In this document: in pieces, positions 18,441 to 28,250 of the stretch
How positions within the stretch are numbered: the first letter of the stretch is position 1
How the letters are laid out: each line of letters opens with the position of its first letter
NCBI RefSeq assembly: GCF_032337355.1
Contig: NZ_JAVYAA010000001.1
Location: 1,253,905-1,317,904 of the forward strand
Length of the DNA: 64,000 bases
Direction: 5' to 3'
Source of the DNA: Paenibacillus suaedae
GTDB lineage: Bacteria > Bacillota > Bacilli > Paenibacillales > Paenibacillaceae
Program-made: the position numbers and the translations under genes
Notes under the pieces: generated by a model
What the model saw: the letters and a program-made list of their open reading frames with translations, nothing else
Told to the model about the DNA's origin: nothing
Database searches by the model: none

Positions 18441-18593
18441 TTAATTTCTCGAACGTTTCTTCTTCTGCATTTCTAGTATTAATCTATCTAGTTCTTGGCT
18501 GATAAGAACCACCTCTTCGTTTGAAAATCCTCCCTTATTATTCTCGACAATCTTGATTAACTTCTTCCTTAGTTCAACAATTTTATCCTCCAA
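18441..18593 (-). CDS. Spo0E-like sporulation regulatory phosphatase (50 aa), TTG start
   Basis: Translation MEDKIVELRKKLIKIVENNKGGFSNEEVVLISQELDRLILEMQKKKRSRN contains the Spo0E signature SQELDxLI. RBS GAGGTGAG. Missing from the ORF track. Confidence 0.5.
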   Translation of the reverse strand: MEDKIVELRKKLIKIVENNKGGFSNEEVVLISQELDRLILEMQKKKRSRN

Positions 18594-18667
18594 AGAATCT
18601 ATAACATCTCACCTCAGTGCACTATCTCTCTATTGAGTATAATGCAGGTTGGATTGTCAACACTAAA

Positions 18668-19462
18668 TCAGACAGCTTTTTTAAGGGATAATCTTCTGTA
18701 ATCTACTGGACTCATATAGCCTAAGGTTCCATGGATGCGATGTTTGTTGAACCAATTTACGTAGTCATATAGCTCCAATTCTAGGTGATGTAAACTGTGG
18801 AAGTTCATCTGATTAATGAATTCCGTCTTCATAATTTTAAACGTAGCTTCTGCAACTGCGTTATCATAAGGGCACCCCTTCATGCTTAAGGAACGACCGA
18901 TCTTGAACGTAGCAAGTGTCTCATCAATCAACTTGTTCTTAAATTCACTACCGCGATCGGTATGGAATAATTGAATTTGACTTAGATTTCCTTGCACAGA
19001 AGCAAAGGCTCTTGTGACTAAAGCTGCGTCCTTTTTCGGCCCTACACTTGAGCCAATGATCTCTCGATTAAAGAGGTCAACTAATACACAGATGTAGTGC
19101 CATCTGTTTTTGACTTTGACATACGTTAGATCGCTTACAACGACGCGCTTAGCTTCAGATTGCTGGAACTTGCGGTTCAGTTCATTTACCTGTTGCGATT
19201 CGTTGCATGTTGTTTTGTGAGGTTTGTATTGAGCCACGGTGTATGTAGAAACAAGGCCTTGTTCCTTCATAATGCGGCAAATTCGACGTCTTGATACGAT
19301 AAGTCCACGTTCGTGAAGCTTTGCTTTAATCTTTCTTGTACCATATGCATTTCGGTTCTTCTGGAAGATTTCAACGATAAGCTTCGTAATACCATCTTCA
19401 TTGCTGGAGTTTTTTGCTTCATAATAGTACGTACTTCTAGTTATTTGCAGGACGTCGCACAT
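18668..19462 (-). CDS. IS3-family transposase OrfB (DDE integrase core)
   Basis: D in VVSDLTYV, D in FHTDRGSEF, E in DNAVAEATF. Confidence 0.85.
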   Translation of the reverse strand: MCDVLQITRSTYYYEAKNSSNEDGITKLIVEIFQKNRNAYGTRKIKAKLHERGLIVSRRRICRIMKEQGLVSTYTVAQYKPHKTTCNESQQVNELNRKFQQSEAKRVVVSDLTYVKVKNRWHYICVLVDLFNREIIGSSVGPKKDAALVTRAFASVQGNLSQIQLFHTDRGSEFKNKLIDETLATFKIGRSLSMKGCPYDNAVAEATFKIMKTEFINQMNFHSLHHLELELYDYVNWFNKHRIHGTLGYMSPVDYRRLSLKKAV

Positions 19463-19503
19463 TGCTGATACCGAGTATTTGTCGCGATTTTGATGGATGA
19501 CAC

Positions 19504-19785
19504 TTACTTTCGTCCCATGATCAGCGCTGCTTGCTTTAGGATGTCATTCTCCATTTTGAGTCGTTGGTTTTCTTTCCGTAATGCAATAAGTTCATTTTCT
19601 TCTGGAGAGCGGTTGTCCTTCTCTGAGAAGGAACCTGTTTGGTGGGCTTGTTTAATCCAGCGATCCAATGCAGATGCACTCAACTCATACTCACTTACAA
19701 TGTCTGCTCTTGATTTCCCATTCTCGTATAGCTGAACCATCTGTTTCTTGAAATCATCTGTAAATGTTCGTCTTATTCTTGGCAT
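19504..19785 (-). CDS. IS3-family transposase OrfA (HTH)
   Basis: 93-aa HTH/leucine-zipper protein typical of IS3 orfA. Confidence 0.8.
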   Translation of the reverse strand: MPRIRRTFTDDFKKQMVQLYENGKSRADIVSEYELSASALDRWIKQAHQTGSFSEKDNRSPEENELIALRKENQRLKMENDILKQAALIMGRK

Positions 19786-19910
19786 AGTAGATCCGCTCCT
19801 TGTTATGATGTGTTAATTCTACTAGCCCTTAATTTTTCTGTCCAACTAAGTGTAGCCGATCCAGGTTCCAGTAAGATATGTGAGAAAATACCACTGCAAC
19901 ATCATGTCGA

Positions 19911-19939
19911 AAAATGAAAAAGAGCATCAAATGATGCTC
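19911..19939 (-). terminator. rho-independent terminator of the peptide/regulator operon
   Basis: On the minus strand, gagcatc-attt-gatgctc is followed by TTTTTCATTTTT. Confidence 0.7.
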
Positions 19940-19945
19940 CCAACA

Positions 19946-20056
19946 TTACCAAGGGTGAATACTACCATGATCTCCAGTGAATGCAGTTATAGAAGTGATT
20001 AATAGGACTGTGTTAAACAATGTGTTAAAATAAAATTTCTTCATGAATTTCTTCAA
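19946..20056 (-). CDS. 36-aa secreted signalling pro-peptide (NprX/PapR-like), TTG start
   Basis: Translation MKKFMKKFYFNTLFNTVLLITSITAFTGDHGSIHPW. RBS GGGGAGG sits 7 nt before TTG. It lies immediately 3' of the RNPP regulator and is followed by a terminator. Missing from the ORF track. Confidence 0.5.
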   Translation of the reverse strand: MKKFMKKFYFNTLFNTVLLITSITAFTGDHGSIHPW

Positions 20057-20072
20057 TGCAAGACCTCCCCAA

Positions 20073-21335
20073 TTAAGTAGTAAAGTAAGCGTCCAATTGT
20101 TCAAGTGTGCCTTTATTCATGGAGATATTATTCCCTAAATGATAATTAACTACCATATTTAAACATTTCTTTTCTTCAATTGTATCATTAATTTTAGAAT
20201 ATTCCATTGCACCATCAAGCAAATATGAAATACCCTTTTCAGGTTCGCCCACAGCTAAGTAGTACTCACCCTTAAGTTGCAAATGATCGGCATACCGAGA
20301 ACGTACTAAGGGATTGGTCTGAGTTAAAAATGATGGATCTATACCACCATTTTCAATAAGCCGTCCTGCTTGTTCAAGCTCTTTTCTCTGCAAATATAAT
20401 CGCAGGAGCTGATTAGTTGCAGGAACAACGAAATCACTGCTGCATTTTTCTAAAAATGAAGAGAGCTGCTGAACTGATAAGTCAACTCTTCCTTGTCTTG
20501 CATTAATTAGAGCTTCCATAAGGAGGGTGTTTTCCCGAATGTTTGGGTAATCGAATTGTTTATATTGAATTGAATAAAGCTCTGATTCTTTATATTCGCC
20601 AAGACCAAAATAAGCGTCTCTAAGGACTCCTACTGCATGGACTTTATAAGGACTATCTCCGTGTACAAGGACATTTTTGCAGTGCTCTATACTCTCTTGA
20701 AAGTGCTTTAAGTTAAGAGCATGTATACCCAACTTATAATACAACTCAATCTTCTCATGTTGTGGCAAAAAGTCGACGTAATTTAAAATGTATTTCCCAC
20801 TGTAATATGTTTCCTTCAATTTGCTAAAATCATTTCGCTCAATCAGATATCGTTGGTACAAACCTTTAGATATATAGGGCATTATTCCGTGCGAACGCGA
20901 GTGTTCTATGATGAGGTTATATAAGGATAATTTCATGGAGGTATCTTCAATGGAGTCGATGTGTTTATATAGCTTTTCGGTTAAATCTAAGCTTTCTTCA
21001 TTCGGAGATTCAAGGTATTTAGCTGCGACCTTACGAATTAGTTCAGTGCTGCTCCTTCGTAGGATCGTCGCTTGCAGGATATCGAACAACAAGTCTGACC
21101 TTTTCTCTTTTTCAACGTAATAATCAACCAATGTTTCAAAAGGAATCTGTAATGCAGCAGCCAATGGCTGTACCGTTGAGAAATCTGGTCGTTTTACTTC
21201 ACCGTTCTCTATCCTCGATATCGTACTTTTGTTTATGCCTGACAGCTCTGATAACTGCGTAATCGTTATATTCGATGCAAATCTAGTGTCGTGAATTAGT
21301 TCTCCGATTGTTTTTATGATCGATGCCGTCTTCAA
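20073..21335 (-). CDS. RNPP-family quorum-sensing regulator (NprR-like: N-terminal XRE HTH plus TPR array)
   Basis: HTH ITITQLSELSGINKSTISRIENGEVKRP. 420 aa with TPR-like helical repeats. Confidence 0.7.
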   Translation of the reverse strand: MKTASIIKTIGELIHDTRFASNITITQLSELSGINKSTISRIENGEVKRPDFSTVQPLAAALQIPFETLVDYYVEKEKRSDLLFDILQATILRRSSTELIRKVAAKYLESPNEESLDLTEKLYKHIDSIEDTSMKLSLYNLIIEHSRSHGIMPYISKGLYQRYLIERNDFSKLKETYYSGKYILNYVDFLPQHEKIELYYKLGIHALNLKHFQESIEHCKNVLVHGDSPYKVHAVGVLRDAYFGLGEYKESELYSIQYKQFDYPNIRENTLLMEALINARQGRVDLSVQQLSSFLEKCSSDFVVPATNQLLRLYLQRKELEQAGRLIENGGIDPSFLTQTNPLVRSRYADHLQLKGEYYLAVGEPEKGISYLLDGAMEYSKINDTIEEKKCLNMVVNYHLGNNISMNKGTLEQLDAYFTT

Positions 21336-21596
21336 TGTCAGCCCTCCTTCTTCCGAATTAATTACCTATATTTTACCATGTTGTGAATGGTATGTAAATT
21401 GAATGATGACATGAGAAAGATAAGAAACGGAGGGAGAGAGTGAAGAGTGTAGCGACCCAATTCTACGCTACAGAATGGTTAATTCATAGAAAGTGATCAA
21501 TAGAGAATTTCGAAGAAGCCGATCCATACATTGTGAACCATGAACGTTAGCTGAAAAGAACTAGAGTATAACAACTAATAAACAGGTGATTTATAA

Positions 21597-22010
21597 GAGT
21601 TCATTTTCTATCATTACCAGTACAAAAGCATTGACTTTATTGAAGAGAAAATCGTTGAGTATAACGAATCGAATGTATCATTTAACCCTAAGGTTTCTTT
21701 TGCTGAAATTAATAAGCTTATCAAGGAAGCGGATGGAAACATGATTGCGGAAATCAATTGTTTTGATTACGCTTGGAAATGTTTGTACGTCGGTGCACTT
21801 TGTGTGAAGGAAGAATACAGAAAGAGTGGCTTAGGATCAAAACTATTAACCGATTTGGAAGCGGTTGCTAGAAAGTATGAAGTACAATTAATTCATTTAG
21901 ATACATTTGATTTTCAGGCATTAGATTTCTATTTGAAGCATGGATATGAAGTTTATGGTGTACTGGATAAGTGTCATAAACGGTATAATCTAAATAAAGT
22001 TCTAGAGTAA
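21597..22010 (+). pseudogene. GNAT acetyltransferase, N-terminally truncated
   Basis: The frame is open only from 21597; stops lie at 21576 and 21594. The acetyl-CoA motif region is present but the N-terminal beta1-alpha2 region is missing. Confidence 0.5.
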
Positions 22011-22132
22011 AGGAACGTAGCTCAAATAATGCTCCTGCGATAGCTTTCTGAGAAAAGTAATTATTGAATTTCACAAATAGACGCCTTGTTCATTGGGATG
22101 AATATGGCGAAATCACTTAAAAGGAGCTCACT

Positions 22133-22703
22133 ATGGAACAAGAAGCGTTAGTTACTCGTTTTCTCGATTTTCTGTCGGTTGAAAAGCAACAGATCAGCTT
22201 GACGTTTCTTAATGAACTAATCCAAAAACATCAAGAAAAGAGTGAAATGGGAAACGCTAACGAAAATACTCGATTGGGAAAAAGGAAATCGAACAGGAAA
22301 CTACCTCCCTTCTATTGATACGTACATCGAGCGCATCGTGAACAAAGGGATGGGAGGAACATGCTGGACAAATGCAATAGGGTTTCATTGGCTGATATCC
22401 AAGCTTGGATTTTCCGTTTCTTATATGTACATGGATCAGCATTAGACAAAATGACTCCGCTGATTAGGAATGCGAACAATTGGGATACGTCGCCAATGCT
22501 GCAAAAAATTCAGATCTTCGGCTACATCAATGGAATTCCGACTTCGTTGAAACGATGATGTCCTGAAGCAATATTTTCAGCATGAGAAGGTGGAAAGACA
22601 TCTAACCCCTGACGAACTGAGAGAATGGGTTACTGAAAAGTTTCAAATCGATCAGCAAATGTACGAAAATGCCTTAAGCATATTCAGTAAGAAGAGAACA
22701 TAA
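22133..22703 (+). pseudogene. arylamine N-acetyltransferase pseudogene (decayed duplicate of 15062-15835)
   Basis: Three frame-split ORFs carry near-identical DNA (the GMGGTCWTNAIGF block is identical). There is an internal deletion of about 180 bp plus frameshifts. The upstream 50 bp is also conserved. Confidence 0.8.
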
Positions 22704-23487
22704 TGTATGGAGCCTCATCGAGAAATACATGTTACTAGATAGGAAGCAGATCCTTTATGCTAGCGTGTATTTTTTGTTTGTTATTTTAGATTTGTTTGAA
22801 GGGAAATGGTTGATTAAAAACTGAAATGATTCCCGTAAATTACATGTCAATCTCTAATTATGCAAGAGATAATTGATAGTATACACCGATTGAAACTGCT
22901 ATTTGAAAAAAATAAAATATTTACAGTAAACATTTAGTGTTAAAGTTCTGATACAATCACTGCCCATTTTCTTAGTTATCTGATTTAAGGGTAAACAAGT
23001 TAAAACGGAAGAAATCTTAACATAAAGTGAGCACAACGAGAGCATAACCTGAACACCAAATGACAGTTTATCCGTGTCATTCTCGCTTTAATATTGCAAC
23101 TTTTATTAATTTCTCCACGGTTCTCCTCCTCTTAATAAATTTTGACGACAATGTGGGATATTTCGGGGAATATTGACGACCACATGACGAATTATACGTG
23201 TTACTATGACATTGTGAAAGAGCAGGCGAGATGACACGCACGGCTGCATATGGGCAGCACACGAACCGTGGCGTACCTCATCCCGCTTTTTCTTTTTTTT
23301 ATAATTTCAAACTTTTTCTTAGTTGACGTTTTAATTATTATGACTGATCAATACTTCAGATTGAAAATTTGATTAAGGAATTATTGCAAAAAAATGGTTG
23401 ACGATGGAATTGGTATGCTATATAAGTAAATTAGTAACATTATCTGGATATAATGTGACGAAATTATGATGAGGAGGAAATGCAATT

Positions 23488-23979
23488 ATGAACCATAGTA
23501 TTAAATGTCTTCTAGTTGCAACATTGTCTGCGGCAAGCATTCTAGCTGTGACACCATCAGCATTTGCTGACGATTCCACATCCAAAAGCCCGCTCTACCA
23601 TTCTAATCTGCCAGTAATTGAAGTAGGGAATGGAAATGTACTTGAAGATGAAGTTATCGCATCAACCACCTCAGTAGCATCTTTATTTAGTGGTCTCGAT
23701 GTGATTAATGCCCAGGGACAGGACGTAACGACGAACGCCATTGGCATTCAAGAAGTTACACGTACAACTATAAGGGTCCCGGTAAATAGTACCGTAACTA
23801 TGGGGGGCCCTAATAGTGGTTATACTTACGATCTATACGATACTACTGGAGGTCCTTGGAGTATAACTTCTGATGGGAAACTCACCAATGGAGGTGTGGG
23901 CTCCGCATACCTCGATCTTTACATGAACGGTACCATTGCTTTGAAATATAAGGTGGTAACCTATTTTCCAACGAACTGA
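23488..23979 (+). CDS. secreted hypothetical protein
   Basis: RBS GAGGAGG. Signal peptide with AFA cleavage site. Confidence 0.6.
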   Translation: MNHSIKCLLVATLSAASILAVTPSAFADDSTSKSPLYHSNLPVIEVGNGNVLEDEVIASTTSVASLFSGLDVINAQGQDVTTNAIGIQEVTRTTIRVPVNSTVTMGGPNSGYTYDLYDTTGGPWSITSDGKLTNGGVGSAYLDLYMNGTIALKYKVVTYFPTN

Positions 23980-24225
23980 TGCTCCGTATGGAGGCCCTGC
24001 GCTGTGAATTAAGCGTGGGGCTTTTATCCGTTCAGCAATTAAGATAGATTAAAAGAAGGGCAAGAATGAGCGGTTGCGGGCTTCTGGTGAAGTGTTTCGA
24101 TTCCACCTATAGGAAACCAACTCAACACAATGGAGACTGGCTGTAGCGGTTGTTGCTACTCAGATGCCTTAGTGATGTTGTATAATGATGGTAAATACTG
24201 AATGGGTACTTAGGAGGTTATACTA

Positions 24226-24549
24226 ATGAGTTCACATCATTTATTTAGGATCGTAAGATATCTATCGGATATAGTCGATAAGGGTGGTAACGTTGAAGTA
24301 GAGATGGTGGTAGATAAAGTAAGTAGTGGGTGTACGATTCAATGGTTAGTAGCAGAGTATCCAACCTATGATTTTAGCATATTAACTAATGAGTATAAGC
24401 ACGCGGGTGATGAAGTAAACAAATTATTGAAGGACGAATACTACGGAACAAGCCTAAACTCAAATCGTTTTAATAATGGATATTGTTTTTTAATAACATT
24501 GGTTTCAGAAGCAATTTATCGCTCTTATGAAGAGAATAATTTTGAATAA
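24226..24549 (+). CDS. hypothetical protein
   Basis: RBS AGGAGG. Confidence 0.45.
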   Translation: MSSHHLFRIVRYLSDIVDKGGNVEVEMVVDKVSSGCTIQWLVAEYPTYDFSILTNEYKHAGDEVNKLLKDEYYGTSLNSNRFNNGYCFLITLVSEAIYRSYEENNFE

Positions 24550-24559
24550 GCCGCTATAG

Positions 24560-25550
24560 TGAACTGCACCCCAATTGTTAGACACACTCTAACAGTTGGA
24601 GGTGCAGTTTTTTATGACTAAATTTACGAAGGATAGGAAATTGGCGATAATTCAAGGGTACAACCCTGATCTTCTATCGCAGACAGAATACGCAAACGAA
24701 ATGGACGTTATCAAGTCCCAATTCCAATATTGGCTGAAGCTTTATGAGATGCATGGTGAGTCTGCCTTTACTAATTGCTATACAAATTTATTCGGCAAGC
24801 TTTAAACTGGACGTACTTAATCATATGGCTCAATCAAAAGCTTCTCTCATGGACACCGCTGCTCTGTTCAACCTTTCGAACTTTTCCATCTTGCATTCCT
24901 GGCAGAAAAGATGGAGACAGACGGTTTAGAAGCCCTTGAGCCAAAAAAGAAGGGGCGTCCATCCATGAAGAAAAAATCCAATTCGTCTACTAAACGATCC
25001 GTAGTTGAAGGGTCTGTCGAAGCGCTCGAAGAACGTATCAAGCAGCTTGAAATGGAGAATAAGTATCTAAAAAAGTTGAATGCCTTTGTTCGAAACAAGG
25101 AACAATCACCAAACAGGACAAAGCACAAACCGTCTGGGAACTGAGGCATAAATATCCGGTGAAGGCACTCATAAAGCTGGCTGGTATCCCGCGTAACACC
25201 TATTACAACCTTATAAAGCGTATAAACCAACCAGATCCGAATGCGGATTTGAGAGCTGAGATCCAGTCCATTTACGCGGAACATGATGGACGTTACGGAT
25301 ATCGTCGTATTCGTGATGAATTGGAAATCTGTGGGTGTAAAGTGAACCACAAGAAGGTTCAGCGGCTCATGAAGGAGATGGGGCTTAAATGCCTAGTCCG
25401 CATGAAAAAGTATAAGTCATATAAAGGGACTGTCGGCAAGACTGCACCGAATCATCTGGATCGCCAGTTCACGGCGGAGGCGTCAAATGAGAAGTGGGTA
25501 ACGGACATCACGGAGTTTAAGTTATTTGGAGAAAAGCTGTATCTGTCGCT
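24560..25550 (+). mobile_element. degraded IS3-family element (orfA/orfB with multiple frameshifts, 3' truncated within DDE domain)
   Basis: The left end is TGAACTGCACC. OrfA is split across ORFs 24596, 24744 and 24911. OrfB 25159 ends after the first Asp region (KLYLS). Confidence 0.7.
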
Positions 25551-25727
25551 CAATAGGAGAATGCTGCGTGATTTAAATGACAAGGAAATATACAGGGGAG
25601 ACTTAATAAATACTTCCAATTGTTTAGTACGGAAAAATAGAGACAACCTATTAGACAGGGGAAACATACATGATGAATCAACAAGTTGTTTTAGACGGTA
25701 TTACAAATCTTTTGAAATGTGAATTAT

Positions 25728-25875
25728 CGTAATCGCTAGTCGGAATCTATTTACACGGTTCAATGGCGATGGGGGCTTTACCCCTCAACAAAGTGATATT
25801 GATATATTAGTCATTGTAAAGGAAAAGCTACCTAATTATATGTACAAGATTATTGCTCGGGAAATAATTCGTCTA
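25728..25875 (+). pseudogene. nucleotidyltransferase (ANT/aadA-like) N-terminal fragment, frameshifted at a G5 run
   Basis: IYLHGSMAMG and GFTPQSDIDILVIV lie in adjacent frames. Confidence 0.45.
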
Positions 25876-25885
25876 TAAAAGGATG

Positions 25886-25967
25886 AATGCTAGAGCACGG
25901 CATTCGATATTGGATTGAATATGGAGTAAGGTAGAAAAGTATTTTTTAGTTCCGAGCTCCGTGCTCT
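25886..25967. repeat. perfect 12-bp inverted repeat (gctagagcacgg / ccgtgctctagc) flanking a 58-bp spacer
   Basis: Seen directly in the sequence. Confidence 0.6.
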
Positions 25968-26009
25968 AGCTAAGCCTTTACTTGTAACGATTAAATGAAT
26001 TACGGCTGA

Positions 26010-27845
26010 TTACAAATCTAGCTCCGGCTGTTCCACTTCTTGAGGAACGGATGCTCGAAGCACCTGAACGTTGGACGTCGCCTGGAGTCCCCTATAGGCA
26101 GCATGGATTTTCGTGAATCCCGCCTTACGGCCAATCAGATTCCCCTCATCATCGCATTCGAGAATGTCCGGATTGGCGCTTCGGAAAGTTGCTTCCTTGG
26201 TCACGTCTATTTCTTTATGTACGGAATAGTCGTAAAGTATGACCCTTACATCGATCATGGAGCCGACACTTAGCGAGTAGTCGTTCGAATCCAGCCGGAG
26301 GTTTCCGCGGGCCGGTTCAGGCTCAACCCAATCCTCCGGCAGCACGGTTACTTTCAAGCTGGCATTGAGCCCTCCGTAAGTGGCCCCAATATATGTGACT
26401 CCAGGCTCATGACCCGTGACTCTACCTGATGCGTCGATGTCGGCAATACGGGAATCATCCGAACTATACACGGCAACGCCTGATATATCGCTGACCATTC
26501 CATTACCGTACACGGCTTGCAGTACTGTCGGCATGCTGGTGCCTGATTTTACTTGCATCTCTTTCTCCATGAATGAAATGCTTGCCAATGTCTGTTCGGT
26601 AGGAGGCATGTTCTCGAAAGGTGTCAGCTTCATGAGCTGAAGCTTCCATACCTCTCCTCGTTTCACGGTTCCGGTAAAAATAAACCCGCCGTCGCGAGCT
26701 ATCGCTGCCTTGCCAACGTCGCTCAGCGGCGGGCCTGGGAGTACTTCGCGGCTTGTCAACTCGCCATTTACGTCGAACGTCACTATCGCATATTCGTATT
26801 TCCAGCCTGAGCTCGTGTCTAACATGCGCATACCGAGCAGAGCATACCCGTCTTTCGTCCGCACCAGACTTTTGAAGGATTCCGGGATTGGGGCTTTATA
26901 TGTTTTTTCCCACTCCGGCTGACCGTTTACGTCCGTCTTTGTGAGGATGGTGACATCACCCTGCTTTGTTCTTTTACGGTTGCCTATCAGATAACCTCCG
27001 TCATCGGCAGAGATGATAGAAAAGGCACGCCGTCTCGTATTTGGATCGTGGAACGGCCGTGACCATACGATGTCGCCCTGCTCATTAAGCTTCATCATAA
27101 GCATGGCGTCCTCATCGCCAGACTCATAATCTGGATAGCCTATGCCGCCAATTACAATATAACCTCCGTCACTGGCGGGGATCATATCGGTAAAGAATTC
27201 GCTGCCGATAAAGCGATAATCACGATACCATACCTTTTCTCCGTTGCTATCCACCTTCAGGATGTAGCACTTTTCATAGGCGCTGGCAGAGAACATCCCT
27301 CTCCCGGCAATCATAAAGCTGCCATCATTCGTTTCAACAATAGCTACCGGAGTGTGGTGGAATTGACCATCCTCAACAGCCTTGTGCCACAGTACTTGTC
27401 CAGACGCATCCAGCCGAATGAGATATAGCTTGTCCATCGGTTTGCCGTCGTAGGACTTGTAGGTGCCGGCTACTAAATATCCTCCGTCCCTAGTCTCTAT
27501 CGCCCGGTACGCGGCATTCCCGGACGAATAATGATCTAGCTTTTGCTCCCATAGCGGCTGTCCTTCTACATCCGTTTTAATGACATAAGCCTTAACGACA
27601 TATTGCCAACTATCTTGCCCAATCATATCCTTCTCCGTAATGCTCCCTACCGTCAAATAACCGCCATCGGAGGTAGGGATGACCGCTTCCCCTCTGGAAC
27701 TATTTCCATAATCCCTAAACCATTCCACGGTAGCCCGCGGTTGCGACGGCTCGGCAGCTGCTGGACTCATCGTACTCTGTAACCCGAGTGTTAGCATGAT
27801 TCCGGCAATGCACACGGCTATCAAGCGTGTACATGTGTTGAACAA
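26010..27845 (-). CDS. secreted beta-propeller-like repeat protein with C-terminal Big_2 (bacterial Ig-like) domains
   Basis: A repeated xDGGY(L/I)xxG blade-like motif occurs about 7 times. The likely TTG start at 27845 has RBS GAGAGG and a signal peptide ending AAA. The tracked N-terminal extension to 28085 is probably spurious. Confidence 0.6.
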   Translation of the reverse strand: MFNTCTRLIAVCIAGIMLTLGLQSTMSPAAAEPSQPRATVEWFRDYGNSSRGEAVIPTSDGGYLTVGSITEKDMIGQDSWQYVVKAYVIKTDVEGQPLWEQKLDHYSSGNAAYRAIETRDGGYLVAGTYKSYDGKPMDKLYLIRLDASGQVLWHKAVEDGQFHHTPVAIVETNDGSFMIAGRGMFSASAYEKCYILKVDSNGEKVWYRDYRFIGSEFFTDMIPASDGGYIVIGGIGYPDYESGDEDAMLMMKLNEQGDIVWSRPFHDPNTRRRAFSIISADDGGYLIGNRKRTKQGDVTILTKTDVNGQPEWEKTYKAPIPESFKSLVRTKDGYALLGMRMLDTSSGWKYEYAIVTFDVNGELTSREVLPGPPLSDVGKAAIARDGGFIFTGTVKRGEVWKLQLMKLTPFENMPPTEQTLASISFMEKEMQVKSGTSMPTVLQAVYGNGMVSDISGVAVYSSDDSRIADIDASGRVTGHEPGVTYIGATYGGLNASLKVTVLPEDWVEPEPARGNLRLDSNDYSLSVGSMIDVRVILYDYSVHKEIDVTKEATFRSANPDILECDDEGNLIGRKAGFTKIHAAYRGLQATSNVQVLRASVPQEVEQPELDL

Positions 27846-28250
27846 ATGACGCACCTCTCTCCATGAATTATTGCTTGATGTTTGCTGATTGCTGTCGAAG
27901 CAAGCGTTGTGGATAGCCTCTATTATGATTATCCATTGGATCATTATTCCTGTGTATCCCACGAATTGCATAATTCTGTATGACGCTCGAACGGTTTTTA
28001 ATCCTGCACGATAGGGACGGCCTACCCATAAGCTCCGGTGAAAAAAATAAATGATATTGTCATATTTATGGAAATCACCTAACACCTTCCTATTTACACC
28101 AAATAAGTAAGCGCAATTGGAATGATGTTAGCAGCAGTTTGGTTAGGGTGTGGTTCCTTACACGCATGTCGCAAGAAATCGATCTGTAGTTCAAAATGTC
28201 GAATTTCCCCATCCTTTTTACCTATATTTGCTGTATGATTAACGTATAGA

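Larger units (their letters stand above)
18651..19866 (-). mobile_element. IS3-family insertion sequence, apparently intact
   Basis: orfA (HTH) and orfB (DDE rve) lie in the -1 arrangement. Imperfect terminal inverted repeats are TGGAT-n5-ACACT-n3-T-n2-GACAG at 18655-18680 and 19836-19862. Confidence 0.75.

Noticed and set aside
23077-23262. 61-aa minus-strand ORF in the AT-rich intergenic region
   Set aside because: It has low-complexity Cys/Ser-rich composition. Only its last 13 codons follow a good RBS, so it is probably non-coding or at most a tiny leader peptide.
22740-23480. Possible sRNA or prophage remnant in the 740-bp AT-rich gap
   Set aside because: No convincing hairpin/terminator pair, promoter or conserved motif could be identified by eye; it is left unassigned.
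26010-28085. Full 691-aa ORF as annotated in the track
   Set aside because: The first roughly 80 codons lack an RBS and precede an obvious signal peptide (TTG 27845 after GAGAGG). The upstream extension is most likely non-coding.
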